A DNA stretch of 63,969 nucleotides, counting the filler, from Phoronis australis (taxonomy: Eukaryota > Animalia > Phoronida): assembly GCA_002633005.1 (NCBI GenBank). It is 10 parts of 10 records of this genome, joined end to end, with 100 filler letters (N's around TTAATTAATTAA, not from the genome) between each part and the next. Parts side by side here need not be neighbours in the genome. Positions count along the whole stretch, not along the records: positions 41,553 to 53,470 come from NMRA01000969.1; positions 53,571 to 58,261 come from NMRA01002514.1; positions 58,362 to 60,631 come from NMRA01002298.1; positions 60,732 to 62,785 come from NMRA01003869.1; 6 more parts are not named here. One strand, written 5' to 3'. This document shows, piece after piece, positions 50,679 through 62,785 of the stretch (position 1 is its first letter; each line of letters opens with the position of its first letter). The position numbers were made by a program, and so were the translations under genes. The notes beneath the pieces are model-generated. The model worked only from the letters and a program-made list of their open reading frames with translations. It was not told the origin of the DNA and did no database searches.

Positions 50679-51699
50679 CTGATAAAAACAATGAGCTAAG
50701 GTGAAACACAAGTGTCAAGCTGTTTGTGGCAAAAACATAATGGAACAGATGGAAACCATCGACTCAATACACTGTGGAGACTGCAACGGTTTTAGGTGAC
50801 ACTGACGGTTACAAAGTGATCATTTTTTAAAAGAGATAAGAATCCCAAGGACATTAGGTTGCAGGTTGTCAATGATTTGCAATAAGTCAAACCTGATTAC
50901 AATTAGAGATAATCAAAGATATCAGGGGATATAATGAATCAGAACTCAATACCCAGTTAGACCCCACCACCAAAGAAACAGACCAATACACCAATATAAA
51001 AATAATTTGAACTGAGTACCCAAAAAGTACCTGTTAACGGCAGGCCCAGAAAAACTACAATGTCATTCAAACTGAATTGTCACAAATCAATATTGACCCA
51101 ATGTTACAATTTTATAAAATCATTAGTGAAACCAGTAACTTCCTTTGAGTACTTGACAGTCAATGCCTTTGTTTGGGAAATGTTATCTTATTTATCCGTA
51201 GCAACCCATGACGCACTTAATCAAATTAATTGTTAAATCTCGACAGTTTGATCCCTAATAAGCATGACTGAAGTCTCTATTATGTTTAGAGTACAAAAAA
51301 TAATACACGTTGAACGAGGTGAATCAAAACTGAGTACAATCAACTTTTTATCACAATTAGTACAAATATCAACAATGATCGTGTCACATATGACTGACCT
51401 GTGCAAACCCATTGTAACTCAGGTTACAATGCATGAGAGCAACTAGGACAACATTCTCTTGATGAGCATCTTAGGTAGATGCTATTGTTCAGACTATTTG
51501 AAATTTCTGACTGAAATTTTAGACAAAAGAAAACACCCAAAGATGAGTGGGTGTGAAGCTTGTAATTAAATGACTTTTTTAACTTTCAGTTGCTGGTTAA
51601 CTTCTAATGAACATCGCCAATTTTGTAACCTTTTACAAATGAAACTGTTTTGGCCGAGGCAGACATTAGCTGTTCATGAGCTGTCCCTCAACTGTAGAT

Positions 51700-51936
51700 G
51701 GTTGGATCTCAGCTGGAAGGGGGGGGCGCATCTCAGTGGATCTTGGTTGGAAATGGGGATTATCTCAGTGGATCTCAACTGAAAGGGGGTATATCTCAGA
51801 GAATCTCAGTTTGAAGGGGCTGCATCTTATAGCATCTCAACCAGAACGTGGTGCATCTCAGTGGATCTCAACTGGAAGAGGACTGCATCTTAGTAGATAT
51901 CAACCAGAAGGGGGTGCATCTCAGTGGATCTCAACA
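51700..51936. repeat. Degenerate minisatellite, ~31-bp unit, ~8 copies
   Basis: The unit is approximately ggatctcaactggaaggggg.gcatctcagt. Confidence 0.85.
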
Positions 51937-53087
51937 GTAAGGCTTTGCATTTATTACAACACCTTGGCTACAAATGATTTGTAACTTGTAGTAGTAACAT
52001 CCTATCTAAAATATATAGACCTGTAAAAACACTAGTGTATTTGCATAGGGAAGGCATTTGAGTCGGACATCTCTCCCTCTCCCTCTCGCTCTCCGACCAC
52101 CTTCAAGTGTTCTTAAAAGAACGTGCACTGGTATCTGGTACACTCATGCTGGGCATATGGATGATATTTTCCCAGGTAGATAGTGGGGTTTGAACTTGGT
52201 ATTCTCACCACCAGGCTACTGAGTCAGTCTTCTGAAGATGATGCAACACCTGACAATGGCAGTAGCCATGGTGTGAAGAAATGGCTGACTGAAATGTGAT
52301 GCCAATGTAAACAGTCTTGAGGTTGGTGTAAATAGAATAGCATGCAGAGACCAAATTTATCAGAAATGCCCTCCTCTATAATGTGGTAGCAATAAGATGA
52401 GACGGCGAACACAACACTAGTAAAGGCCATCTCCACAGTCACCATGGCGCAAATGGCGGGAAACCATAGAAAATGACGAGTAAACATAGTAAGCCAAAAC
52501 ACAAAACCAGTCCACAGCATGAAGGCTATCTCTGACCTACAACAAAACAAAGTTGTACGTAAGGTGCTTAGAGTTACATTTGCCAACAAGGTTAACACAA
52601 ACATGTCACAAACAGTAATAGAAAATGAGCAGATAGTGAAGACACTAAATGCAACTCCAAACAAATAAACGAATAAAACAATTAAAAGTACAGCCAAAAG
52701 CCGAGCCCCACACAACACTGTGGCCCTTGCGAAAGCCAATTCGTCAACCAGACGTTTTGAAGATATATTCGCAAGACCTTCACAAAATTTGCAATCTCAA
52801 ATTATAGAGATCAGCCATTTAGTAGTTTCAAAGAAAAGCTGCCCAACAACTTGAATTGCCATTCCCACCATATACCATTGTGTCAAGTTTTGGAAAAGTC
52901 ATCAGGTTATTTCAGACGAGAAAGATTGATTGAAAACTAAAATGGCCAACAGGGTGTCAAAAGAATTCGAAACTCGATTGGTGCATACAAGTCTTAACAA
53001 GTTATATTATGATCTGACATGCGGTGTTTGAGATGATCTACGGACAAGCAAAGGTAATGATGGACAACAAATGAACGAGGAGCGAAC

Positions 53088-53398
53088 CTTGGCGAAATTA
53101 ACCAAAAAGATGACGATAAAGATGATGATGAAGATGACGAATATGACGACGATGGTGAAAAAAAGAAGTATTAATAACATACACATGGCGAACGTAGAGG
53201 TCCGAAATCAGTAAGAAAAAGGCTACAGTCTTGTGCGACACTTGGCGAAATTAACGGAAAAGACAACGACGGAGATGATGACGAAGATGACGAAGATGAT
53301 GACGAATATGATGATGGTGGTGGCGATGATGAACAACATCACAACATTCATATGACGAACTTAGATGTCATAAATCAATAAGAAATAGGCTACAGTCT
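53088..53398 (+). repeat. Two tandem ~155-bp units rich in GAT/GAC triplets (Asp-rich if translated)
   Basis: Each unit runs cttggcgaaattaac...(gat/gac)n...ggctacagtct. Confidence 0.8.
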
Positions 53399-53570
53399 AG
53401 TTCAAAAGAGGATATACCAACATCAATGCAGCAAGAGCGCTCAACAAAGGAACAGCGTTATCAGAAAATCNNNNNNNNNNNNNNNNNNNNNNNNNNNNNN
53501 NNNNNNNNNNNNNNTTAATTAATTAANNNNNNNNNNNNNNNNNNNNNNNNNNNNNNNNNNNNNNNNNNNN

Positions 53571-53666
53571 TTCCGGCGTACAGAGCGCCTATAGCCTCTA
53601 CATCGCCTCTGCTTCGGGCCAACAGAGGCGATGGTCATTGCCTACGGCAACGCTAACTGGCTTTTA
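53571..53666 (+). mobile_element. Probable Helentron/HINE-like 3' terminus
   Basis: The hairpin CATCGCCTCTG-11nt-CAGAGGCGATG is followed by a short hairpin TTGCCtacGGCAA and then CTGGCTTTT. Confidence 0.45.
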
Positions 53667-54513
53667 AATTTGCCTTCCCGTGCTTGTTCAATCACTGCAA
53701 TATCTTTCGTTCACATTCATGAGAGCTTTGAAGTGATGCGTCACTAGAGGAAACAAAAGCCACGACCACGTTCAGAGATGATTTTTAGTTTTCCGCGTTC
53801 CACCTCCGCTTTTCCGTTCTAGAATGACCGAGCAATCTCGCTTGGTCAAAACGTGGTCAACATCGACCAACTTCATTCGGTCAATGATGACAGCTTAACT
53901 GCTATGAAAGATACACAAATGTTCATAAACAAAATGAAGGTAAAATCATACTGACTTTCAAACACATACCTTTTTTATTTCGGAACCCGAAGCGTTTTTT
54001 GAGACGCCAAGTACATCGTAGAGCTTTGTGTCCGGCATTTTGTATGACGTCAGTAAAAACCTGTTGGCGAGCACCATCTAGTGAGCGAAATTTAGGTTGC
54101 TTCCCGGCTGGGGATTCTCCAAGTTTGCTGTGCCATGCCTGACATGTAATGCCGGGAATCGGAGTAGCTTACTGTATACAGCTCATGTATTTCGGCCCAC
54201 ACGTACAATCATAGAACTGGCTATTCGTGCATTTCACTTGCATAACTTAATTTCAGAGGCTTCAGTTTGAAAAGCGTAAGTGGGCTGGCCGCCAGAACAA
54301 GTTGATGAAGGCCGGCCGGCCGGGAGCGTCACCGTCGGTCATCAGGTAGAGCCCCATACCGTGAATAGGCCCGTAGGAACGCAAGGAGAGGGGCTCAAAC
54401 CATTTCGACGTCGCCAAATAACTCCCCCATCGCCACCACCTCAATAACTCCCCCATCGCCCCCGTCCTCCCGATGCCACCATATTTGTGCCGAATCTCCC
54501 ACATGAGGAGGCA

Positions 54514-54664
54514 CAGTGGTGGATTTAGAGCGCCAAGAGACCATGGACCCCCTAAAATTCTCCCAGATTGCATTTGGCAGTTCGGGGGTGCGAATTTTTG
54601 ACTGGTAAACCATGAATAATGCTCTGCCCTGCCCCCCGAACGCAAAACCCTGGATCCGCCTCTG
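54514..54664. mobile_element. MITE family B copy
   Basis: It runs CAGTGGTGGATTT...GGATCCGCCTCTG, and the interior matches 21300-21449. Confidence 0.8.
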
Positions 54665-55999
54665 GGACAATCCCGGGGATCCAGCCAATAAGAGTTGAGT
54701 AACCGTAACCCAACACGGAGAGAAAGAATGGGCCTAGGACCAGTACATTGACTTGTAGCGAGGAGCTGCCTCAAGTACCTGTAGCTGAGATCCAACAGTG
54801 TGAAAATACGAAATTCCCGATGAACTAAAGCTAGTTTCTGGTCAGCTCAACTATCATTCAATTGAGACAGGCAGCTTAGCTCGTACCGGCCGTCTGCGCT
54901 CGTTCTAAGGTCAAGATTGGTTTTGTTGTGATCCAGTTTCGGCCATTCTTTGAAAGAGTTTTTTTTGTTTTGAAAAGGTGAAGCTCCGAAGTCCCTGGGG
55001 GTAGTGCCTTTGGGGCAGTTTCAAAATGCCTAGTTGAAACACGACCGGTAGTTCAGTTTCTGGTGGCTGGGGAAAAGGATAGTGTGTCCCAAAAATGTTC
55101 ACCATTCCTGAACGCCTAAAGTTCAAATTGAGTTCTTGTGGTTATCACTGAGAGTCTGCGCGGTCTACTGCATGGTTACATCTTATTTTTAACGTGGATA
55201 CGTCAGTCATGACGTGCATGCGAATCAGGGAAAGCAATCAATTCAGTTTTGAAGAACAAAAATTCATTACTCAGTACTACTGGAAACTAAAAACACCAAC
55301 GGACCTAGCCAGCCCGCAAGCTGTGCTAGGCACCACTATGTGTTGAGCTCTGACAAACCCCGAAATTGCACACAGCCCCGGTAGTTCTGCCCGTTTCCTC
55401 GCCGTGAAGCTTGTATCAACATGTAAAGCTAACGACCGGCGGGGATGCATGTAAAATCTCCGAGTCAACTGACACTCACCTTGCCTCGGCAAGCCTCGGG
55501 ATTTTGCCGAAATTTCAGATAGGTTTTGCCCAGGTCATAAACCTGAGACTCGTGTAAGATTCTCTTAATTTTAATTCTTTCAAGTATTTGCGAACGAACT
55601 ATCGAAGTTCTTTCCCTTGACGTCAGATGTTGGTTAATCCCTTAAGGGAATCCCCGACGTTCATGACATTATCACCTTCGTTCGATGACCGTTTCAACAT
55701 GGAAACATTCAAGAAGGATTGTGAATTATTGCAGCTAAATTTTGGATTGAAACCCGACCAGATTCATCTGAGTCTACATTTACAACAGTTTTTGCAACAC
55801 TGACATTGATTCAGAAACGGGCTACCGCCTAAGACAGGAATCGCAAGACACCATGTTTACAAAAGCGCTATCTACCGAGCAAAATGACGGAAATGAACTA
55901 TTTTCGCGCAGACTAATATGCTCAATAGTAGTAATACACTTTATTCACGTTAAGACAAAAAATACAATTAATAAAGATTTACACTTATGGAGGACCACG

Positions 56000-56700
56000 G
56001 AGCCACCAGAGAATAAAAAATACAGCGTTACAGATAATCAGAATTGCAAAATTTGGCGATAATGTAATTTTAACTACTTGTAAAAAGACTGAGAAGAGAT
56101 TATCGAAAATAGTTACACACAAAGCAGTTGATATAGTGCACTCAAGTTCATAACTTTCAAAACAAACGTTTTTAAAATAGTTCATAACAGAAGATAACGA
56201 ATGGGTAAATTTTTTTTGAGAATGACTTTCAGGAAGGTTATGAATGATATGAGGTAGGGCAATGCAAACTTAATCTTCAGCAAATGATTTAGTACAACGA
56301 GGAGTTTGAAGAAGATGTCGTTGCCTAGTTTGTTGTGCATGAACAGACCCACGAATTATTAAATTGAACGTGTTAAAATGAAGGTAAGTAATTATGAATA
56401 TATTTGTAGAAACATTTGATAATAGCAACAACATACAAGTCATTTATTTTGAGTATCTGCGTATTCTTCAATAAAAGATCTGTATGTGTATTAAAATAAC
56501 TAGAGGTAATAGTGCGAATAACCTTTTTCTGTAACTTGAATATTCACCACAGAATCTGCTTATCTTTCTCAACACATTGTTTATGTGTGGAGTCCATAAC
56601 AGGTTTTCGTTGATGGTAACACCAACTAAATTGAATGAACNACTAACTCTTTCAATTTCCAAGTTATTAAACTTTGAATAAAAATCATCAATACATTTTG
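56000..56700 (-). pseudogene. CR1/L2-type LINE RT C-terminal remnant
   Basis: IERVS.SFNLVGVTINENLLWTPHINNVLRKISR matches the conserved IERV..F.FLGV.I.ENL.W..HI..V..KISK segment. The lower boundary is approximate. Confidence 0.7.
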
Positions 56701-58361
56701 GGGATTTATGAAAAACAGTGTGTTTTTTATTTAACCATATGAGTAAGATAATACACGCTAGTGTTGCCTTACGTAGAATTATGGCCGACTTGTTGTTTTC
56801 TAGTGATAACGAGGGTGCTCCCTCACGCGGAGCACGTGACCTCACTCACTTTCACTCATGTCACGGAATCTGATCCCTGGGACTGGGTTTTGATTCATCA
56901 TTTTCAGTGCCTGTATGCAGCTATGTGGGTGTCGAGGGTCCAGAAATTTCTATCGCGGCCTTGGTGTCGGGTAATAGCAGGAGTTATGAGGCGCAGCCGG
57001 CCTGATATCAGTTCCAACCAATCACGGTAACTGTCCCCGGAATAGCGATTTAAGTTGCAACTATTTTGTTCGGTAATGAGGTGTTCAGTCACCAACAATC
57101 ATAAATTTAAATGACACATGGTTGTAATTACGATCAGATACGTTGAAGATTAAAATCAAAAGGTTGATAAATAGACGAGTGCTGACGTCAGTTATGGATG
57201 TTTATTTCATCATGTTGCATATACATGTAAACCAGTGCTGAAGTGAAATTGACACTTTCAAAAATACGTTTTTCGGTGTGTATTATGTACTTACTCGTTG
57301 TCCACTGACGTCATTTTCATATAAAACAAGTTAGAGGAGCGCTTTTCACTCGATTTTTAACCTCTCTCGATGCCAGTTTGGGATAATTTGCTCAAAAGTG
57401 TCGTCTTCTTATATTGATCATACATGTATAGGAGACACATTATTAGTTTAAAGATAAATCTTTGTGTTCAAACGTGCAAATTCGTGGTTTGTTTACACAG
57501 GCCCGTTTCGAAGAATTGGTAGCCCGATAGTGTCACGTGGGAGATAGAACCTCTTAATTAGCATTATGATTACAGATTTTGGGAATGCAGATAAGCACGA
57601 TTACAGAACTATGGGCACAAAATGCCAACTCCTGTGCAGCAAACGGGACCCATCCTCTCATTGACTTTTCACTCTTGTGACGTAGTGTGATCCAGTTCGA
57701 CCGGGTTTGACTAGCTACTCGGGGGATAAAACTGAACTGAGTTGAGCTGTCTCAAACACGCAATATGAAGTCAAACTTTAAATTTATTATTTTCGTATTG
57801 TACGAATCTCTCCGTCTTCATTACTAAAATTATCAATATTTCAGCGTATCATTTGTCGTGTCAAATATGCATGCGAATTGTTTCAGACTTGACACTGGCA
57901 GGTTTTCCTTTGAAGGAGTGAAAGCAGCGGACGACGCCGGGAATCTGCCAAATTTTGAGTCAGTTAATTGCGTGAATTGACAGCCCACTTGACAGGTGGG
58001 TTAGCAGCGCCACCTGTTCTTTACATTGGCTTTGCTGGCTACCGCCTGACGGCACTCAGGCAGGGAACCAGCGAGTCCAGGGCATTACTCTTTCGTTCTC
58101 TTATATTGGAAACGCAAGTGATATGGCTTGTTTGCTCTACCGAATTAAATGTGAAGATGGTGGACCAAGCCATTGAGTCGTGTACTGCTTTACAAAATAA
58201 AAACTCAATTCCGCCAGATTTTAATCTTTTTATTCAAAGAATTTTGCCATATACAAAGAGGNNNNNNNNNNNNNNNNNNNNNNNNNNNNNNNNNNNNNNN
58301 NNNNNTTAATTAATTAANNNNNNNNNNNNNNNNNNNNNNNNNNNNNNNNNNNNNNNNNNNN

Positions 58362-58548
58362 ACTCAGATACATAGAGAGGACAGTCACTCATACTCAGAT
58401 ACATATAGTGAGTAGTCACTCATACTCAGATACGTATAGTGAGTACAGTCACTCATACTCAGATACATATAGTGAGTAGTCACTCATACTCAGATACGTA
58501 TAGTGAGTACAGTCACTCATACTCAGATAAATATAGTGAGTACAGTCA
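58362..58548. repeat. Minisatellite, alternating 31/33-bp units, ~6 copies
   Basis: The unit is actcagatac(a/g)tatagtgagt(ac)agtcactcat. Confidence 0.92.
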
Positions 58549-59622
58549 AAAAAATGCCACTACGGGGCACCACAGTAGTTGGCAAGACTGAAAAACAACA
58601 GACCACCTTCAACAATTAACCTGTTGTTAAACCTCTGTTTTGATTTTGTTTGCCAATACAGCAACTCTATAAAGGAAGAGGTGGCATATAGTCAGTTAGT
58701 CAATTACATCGCCCTGGATGCCGCAGGCAAACGGGGGCAATAGTACATCCCCACAAAAAGTTACTCATTTCAAAATAAGGAAATAAAATCAAATGAAACA
58801 TGCATGCACATGGAGTTACAAACAACTCATACCATAAGTATGAAAACGATCCAGTCAAGATAATTTGAACAAATCGAATAAAAAGTCCAAGGGACACAAA
58901 TCTTACAAATTTAACCTGATACCTTCTCATGCTATTTTGCAAGTGTCACGCACTAGTGTCACACGCTTCGCTCAGTCTTGCGCTAGCACTTTGCCTAACT
59001 CACGTGACTCAGTTGACATACTTTGTGGTTAACGTGTGCGTGGTGAAAAAGTTAACGTGACCAAAAAAGTGAAGTTGGAATTCTTCTCCAAAGTCACCTT
59101 AATTCTAGTAGATATGCTTCATCGAAGATATGTGTAGAAGTAGAAAGGATCACTGAAGAATGTAAGCACTTTTTAAGTGATAGTTTTAAGTGTAGAATGT
59201 ATTTTTGACGAGGTGAAAACTCAAAATCGGTGGCTGGATTTGGCCAACCGCCCATTTAAAATACATGGGACGAAATGCGTACAGAAAGTGATGGAAAGAA
59301 TTGTCGCCCCTAAATGGCCAACTGAGGGGCTACGTGTTGCCCCTAAATGGCCAACAGAGGGGCTACGTGTTGCCCAATAGTCAGTATACTTACACTGCCA
59401 CAGCACATACAGCATCACCTGGTGAGTAGATCCAGCAACAGCACGAAGGGACATAACTCAGCTTCAACATGTTTATCATGTCTGCAACATTTTAATGACA
59501 GACAAATCACAAAATGAGAAGTTCTTCATTTATGAATTTGTAAAACAACATAGAGAAATGACTCAATAGACAGTACGTTGAATACAAATGTTATAGTATT
59601 GCAAGACATGTTGAAATGAGTA

Positions 59623-60631
59623 CCGCATTTGCCCTAATAACCACCCAGGGCGCTTAGAAAAGTTCATTTCAGGGAGGCGCTTATTGTAACCCAAGGCGGT
59701 TGAAACCCGGTCTCCGAACGGGTAAAATTGGAAGCTAAGATTCATCATATTTACGCACTGTGACGTATCTGTAACCTATGGCAGACTTTCTACAATATTG
59801 TGGTGCATTGCTATCAAACTTTGCTGTTAATTTACGATCATTTTACAGAAAACTATGCTGAAATCCCAGGGCGAAAACTCGCTGACTGACTGCCACGCAA
59901 TTGTCGATATGGTGACTTGAATGCTAGTGAGCTAGATGTGCATTGTATCTAGTGAGCTAGATGTGCATTGTATCTAGTAAGCTAGATGTGCATTGTATCT
60001 AGTGAGCTAGATGTGCATTGTATCTAGTGAGCTAGATGAGCATTGTATCTAGTGAGCTAGATGTGCATTGTATTTAAAGAAATTAGTGTAAGCACTAGGC
60101 CTAAAGAAGAACGTGTTTCATTCAGCACTTGCTGGTCTCATGTGCTAAAAACGTTCGATATTAGTCTCAGTAAGGCCCATATTAGTTGCCGTGTGGCTGG
60201 ATGCGTACGTGACTATCTGATGGTTATTTTTCGGTGTAAGGGTGTGTAAGAATTCACTGTCAGTGGTCATTTTATCGGATATTAGGTTTCAAAACACCAA
60301 TTATGGTTAATCAAACAATCCCATCTTTTATAGTATTAGAAACTGTCGGAAATTAGTGTCAATATTCATTTCTTGCCGATGCTATGCTACCCGTTTCATG
60401 AACGGATAGTTCCCAATTAATGTCTTTGATGACAAGTACATGTATATAGCGTGTGCTTCCTGGCCATGTGCTTTTAATGCTGGCCAAGGTTTTTACTAGT
60501 CTTTGATTCGCGCCGGGTTTTCAAGTGTGAAAAGAAATTTGGATTCCTGTAGAGAGCGGGAAATATCTACAATTACAATCCCGTTGACAAGTACACTACG
60601 TCTGTTCTGAAAGGCCAGACCACAGTGGGAC
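59623..60631. mobile_element. Second, truncated copy of the TA-flanked element at 46730, containing a 25-bp x6 array at 59924-60073
   Basis: It starts TA|CCGCATTTGCCCTAATAAC and is colinear with 46730-47840. The array unit is ctagtgagctagatgtgcattgtat. Confidence 0.85.
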
Positions 60632-60732
60632 NNNNNNNNNNNNNNNNNNNNNNNNNNNNNNNNNNNNNNNNNNNNTTAATTAATTAANNNNNNNNNNNNN
60701 NNNNNNNNNNNNNNNNNNNNNNNNNNNNNNNT

Positions 60733-61383
60733 ATGTCTGAAATCCAAGACACCATTGCGATGGGACAGATTGCTCGAAATTCAGTGAATTCTGAGCTTCA
60801 GCATAGACGAGAACTGTCAATGTTAATAAACGAAAACGTGCCATCACCAGCGATTAGTAAACCGCTGAAGACAAAAGTGGTCTTACAAAATGAAAATTCA
60901 ACGCAGGCATTCTTCGTAAACATAAAGGCGCTGAACGCTAAAATTGTTTCAGGTGAAGTGCCAAAAGACTTGAAGTCATTCTCAAAGATGACGATGAAAT
61001 CAAACGGGTTTTCGGACAAAGAAACCTTACCGAATAAAAATGTCAGTTTTTCTGAGTCCGTCTGTCCAACATTTGTCAGTCCTCGTAAACAAGCGAAAGA
61101 GAAGCAGATATATTCAGCTTACTTTTCACCACCCCTGCTTCCCCTGCAGCGACAAAATGTCGAACCCATGTTCTTTGCCGGAAGTAACAAAGCATACATC
61201 CTACCGGATCGTCTTCCGGACAAAGTAGTCCCGGGTCAGGACGCGCCAGAGGTGCTTACATACGCCGAAATGTCATCTTCGCCTGAAATATCAATGGACT
61301 CGCGGCCATCTTCGAAAACGTTTTTAAAATTACCAAGTGTGCCATACAGTCCGGAAATGGCGGAAAAGAAAATGCAAAAATAA
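60733..61383 (+). CDS. Unidentified 216-codon Ser/Pro/Lys-rich ORF, probably the 3' part of a terminal exon
   Basis: It is the longest gap-free ORF in the window and is open from the contig edge. It is followed by AT-rich UTR-like sequence with AATAAA sites. No domain recognised. Confidence 0.5.
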   Translation: MSEIQDTIAMGQIARNSVNSELQHRRELSMLINENVPSPAISKPLKTKVVLQNENSTQAFFVNIKALNAKIVSGEVPKDLKSFSKMTMKSNGFSDKETLPNKNVSFSESVCPTFVSPRKQAKEKQIYSAYFSPPLLPLQRQNVEPMFFAGSNKAYILPDRLPDKVVPGQDAPEVLTYAEMSSSPEISMDSRPSSKTFLKLPSVPYSPEMAEKKMQK

Positions 61384-62118
61384 GACAATCGTGAGATGTC
61401 GATAATATGTTGCTCAAATGTTAAAAAATGCTCACAATGTCATTGAGTTGTTAGCTTTAATTACTTTTATCTAAAATTTTGGAACAATCCAGCTTGTAGC
61501 ACATAGCGATTTAGTTCTTCTAATTTATTGCTATGTTGTTTATTTTTCATAATGGGCTTGTGCAAGAAAATGATCCTCGAACACCATTCTGCTTTCTTGT
61601 TGTTGATGTATTTATTTTTGTAATCATTAATAAAATTGGTCAAACCTCGTCTTCAGGCAGAAATAAAGTGGAAGAAGACCAAAATTACAACAGCAAGTCA
61701 AAGGTCCTCAACTGATTATGCTTGCAGATGGGACTGGTGTTAAAACATTTTAATAAAATTAGGCTTTTGTTCTTCCTCTAACAAATGCACAATTTGTTTC
61801 TCAGAGTGTCATAATGTTCTGTCAAATTGAGTCGATCAGAAGCTTGTTCTATATTTTCCGTAACTGGTCACCATAATCAATTCCACGACGAGATCTTACA
61901 CGACTTGGTTACTTTTAATTCCATCAGTATATTTTTATGAGCAAATGAAAACTTAAGCGATTTATTTAGCGTAATTAGTCCACCGGCCCCTTTCACCAAG
62001 TGGTGAACTATCTTGGACAATAAACGCACTATACAAACACACGCACACACACGCGCTGGTTTACACAAAATACCAAGACGAGAAAAAATACAACTCAATA
62101 TCTAAGGCGGCATATCTC

Positions 62119-62273
62119 CAGGGGCGGATCCAGGATTTTGAGTTGGGGTGCAGGGCACAGTATAGCCAGGATTTTGCCCGTCAGACATTCGCACTCCCGA
62201 ACTGCCAAATGGAATCTTGGAGAATTTTAGAGGGGGGCATGGCCCCCTTGGCCCCCTTCTAAATCCACCGCTG
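62119..62273. mobile_element. MITE family B copy (inverted)
   Basis: It runs CAGGGGCGGATCC...AAATCCACCGCTG, with flanks ATCTC / TTCTC. Confidence 0.8.
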
Positions 62274-62637
62274 TTCTCCGTTTCTCTGTATGGACTAGGA
62301 ACTTGGTTAGCATTGGTTATGACATTGGTTATCTTGTGAACTCATCAAGCGACCAAAAGCAAATGGTTCATCTATTACAGAAACTGGAAAGCTAAATTTT
62401 CGTCGAAGGTCCACATAAAAAGGGCAAATCAATAGGAAATGGTGTTCATTCTCAATAACTCTCATATCACAACAAGGCTATATTAATCTCTCCTCTCTTG
62501 GTCTCAACCATCAACAAGTGATTACCACATCAAAATCGCGCCAGCGTTTTTCTGTTAGTACATTTTAGGTTTAAACGTAATGGTCTAACACGAGCGTGGC
62601 CTTGAATAATGTATATACATCTAACTTGGTACATCTG

Positions 62638-62785
62638 CATGCGCGCACCCACCCTAAAAATAGGGGGACTCGAATTTTGGAGAATGTGGACCTTTTACAG
62701 AAAAAAAGGGGGTACGTTCAGAGCTATGAATTGTGCATGCGCCGAATTCTTGCCTTGTTAGTGGACTTTTGTCTCGTTTTCTACT
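62638..62785. mobile_element. MITE family A copy, truncated by linker
   Basis: It starts CATGCGCGCACCCA, and the interior matches the reverse complement of 22970-23105. Confidence 0.75.

Noticed and set aside
54262-54795. 177-aa minus-strand ORF, and the ORFs at 19283-19890
   Set aside because: They read through GC-rich MITEs and contain no recognisable domain.
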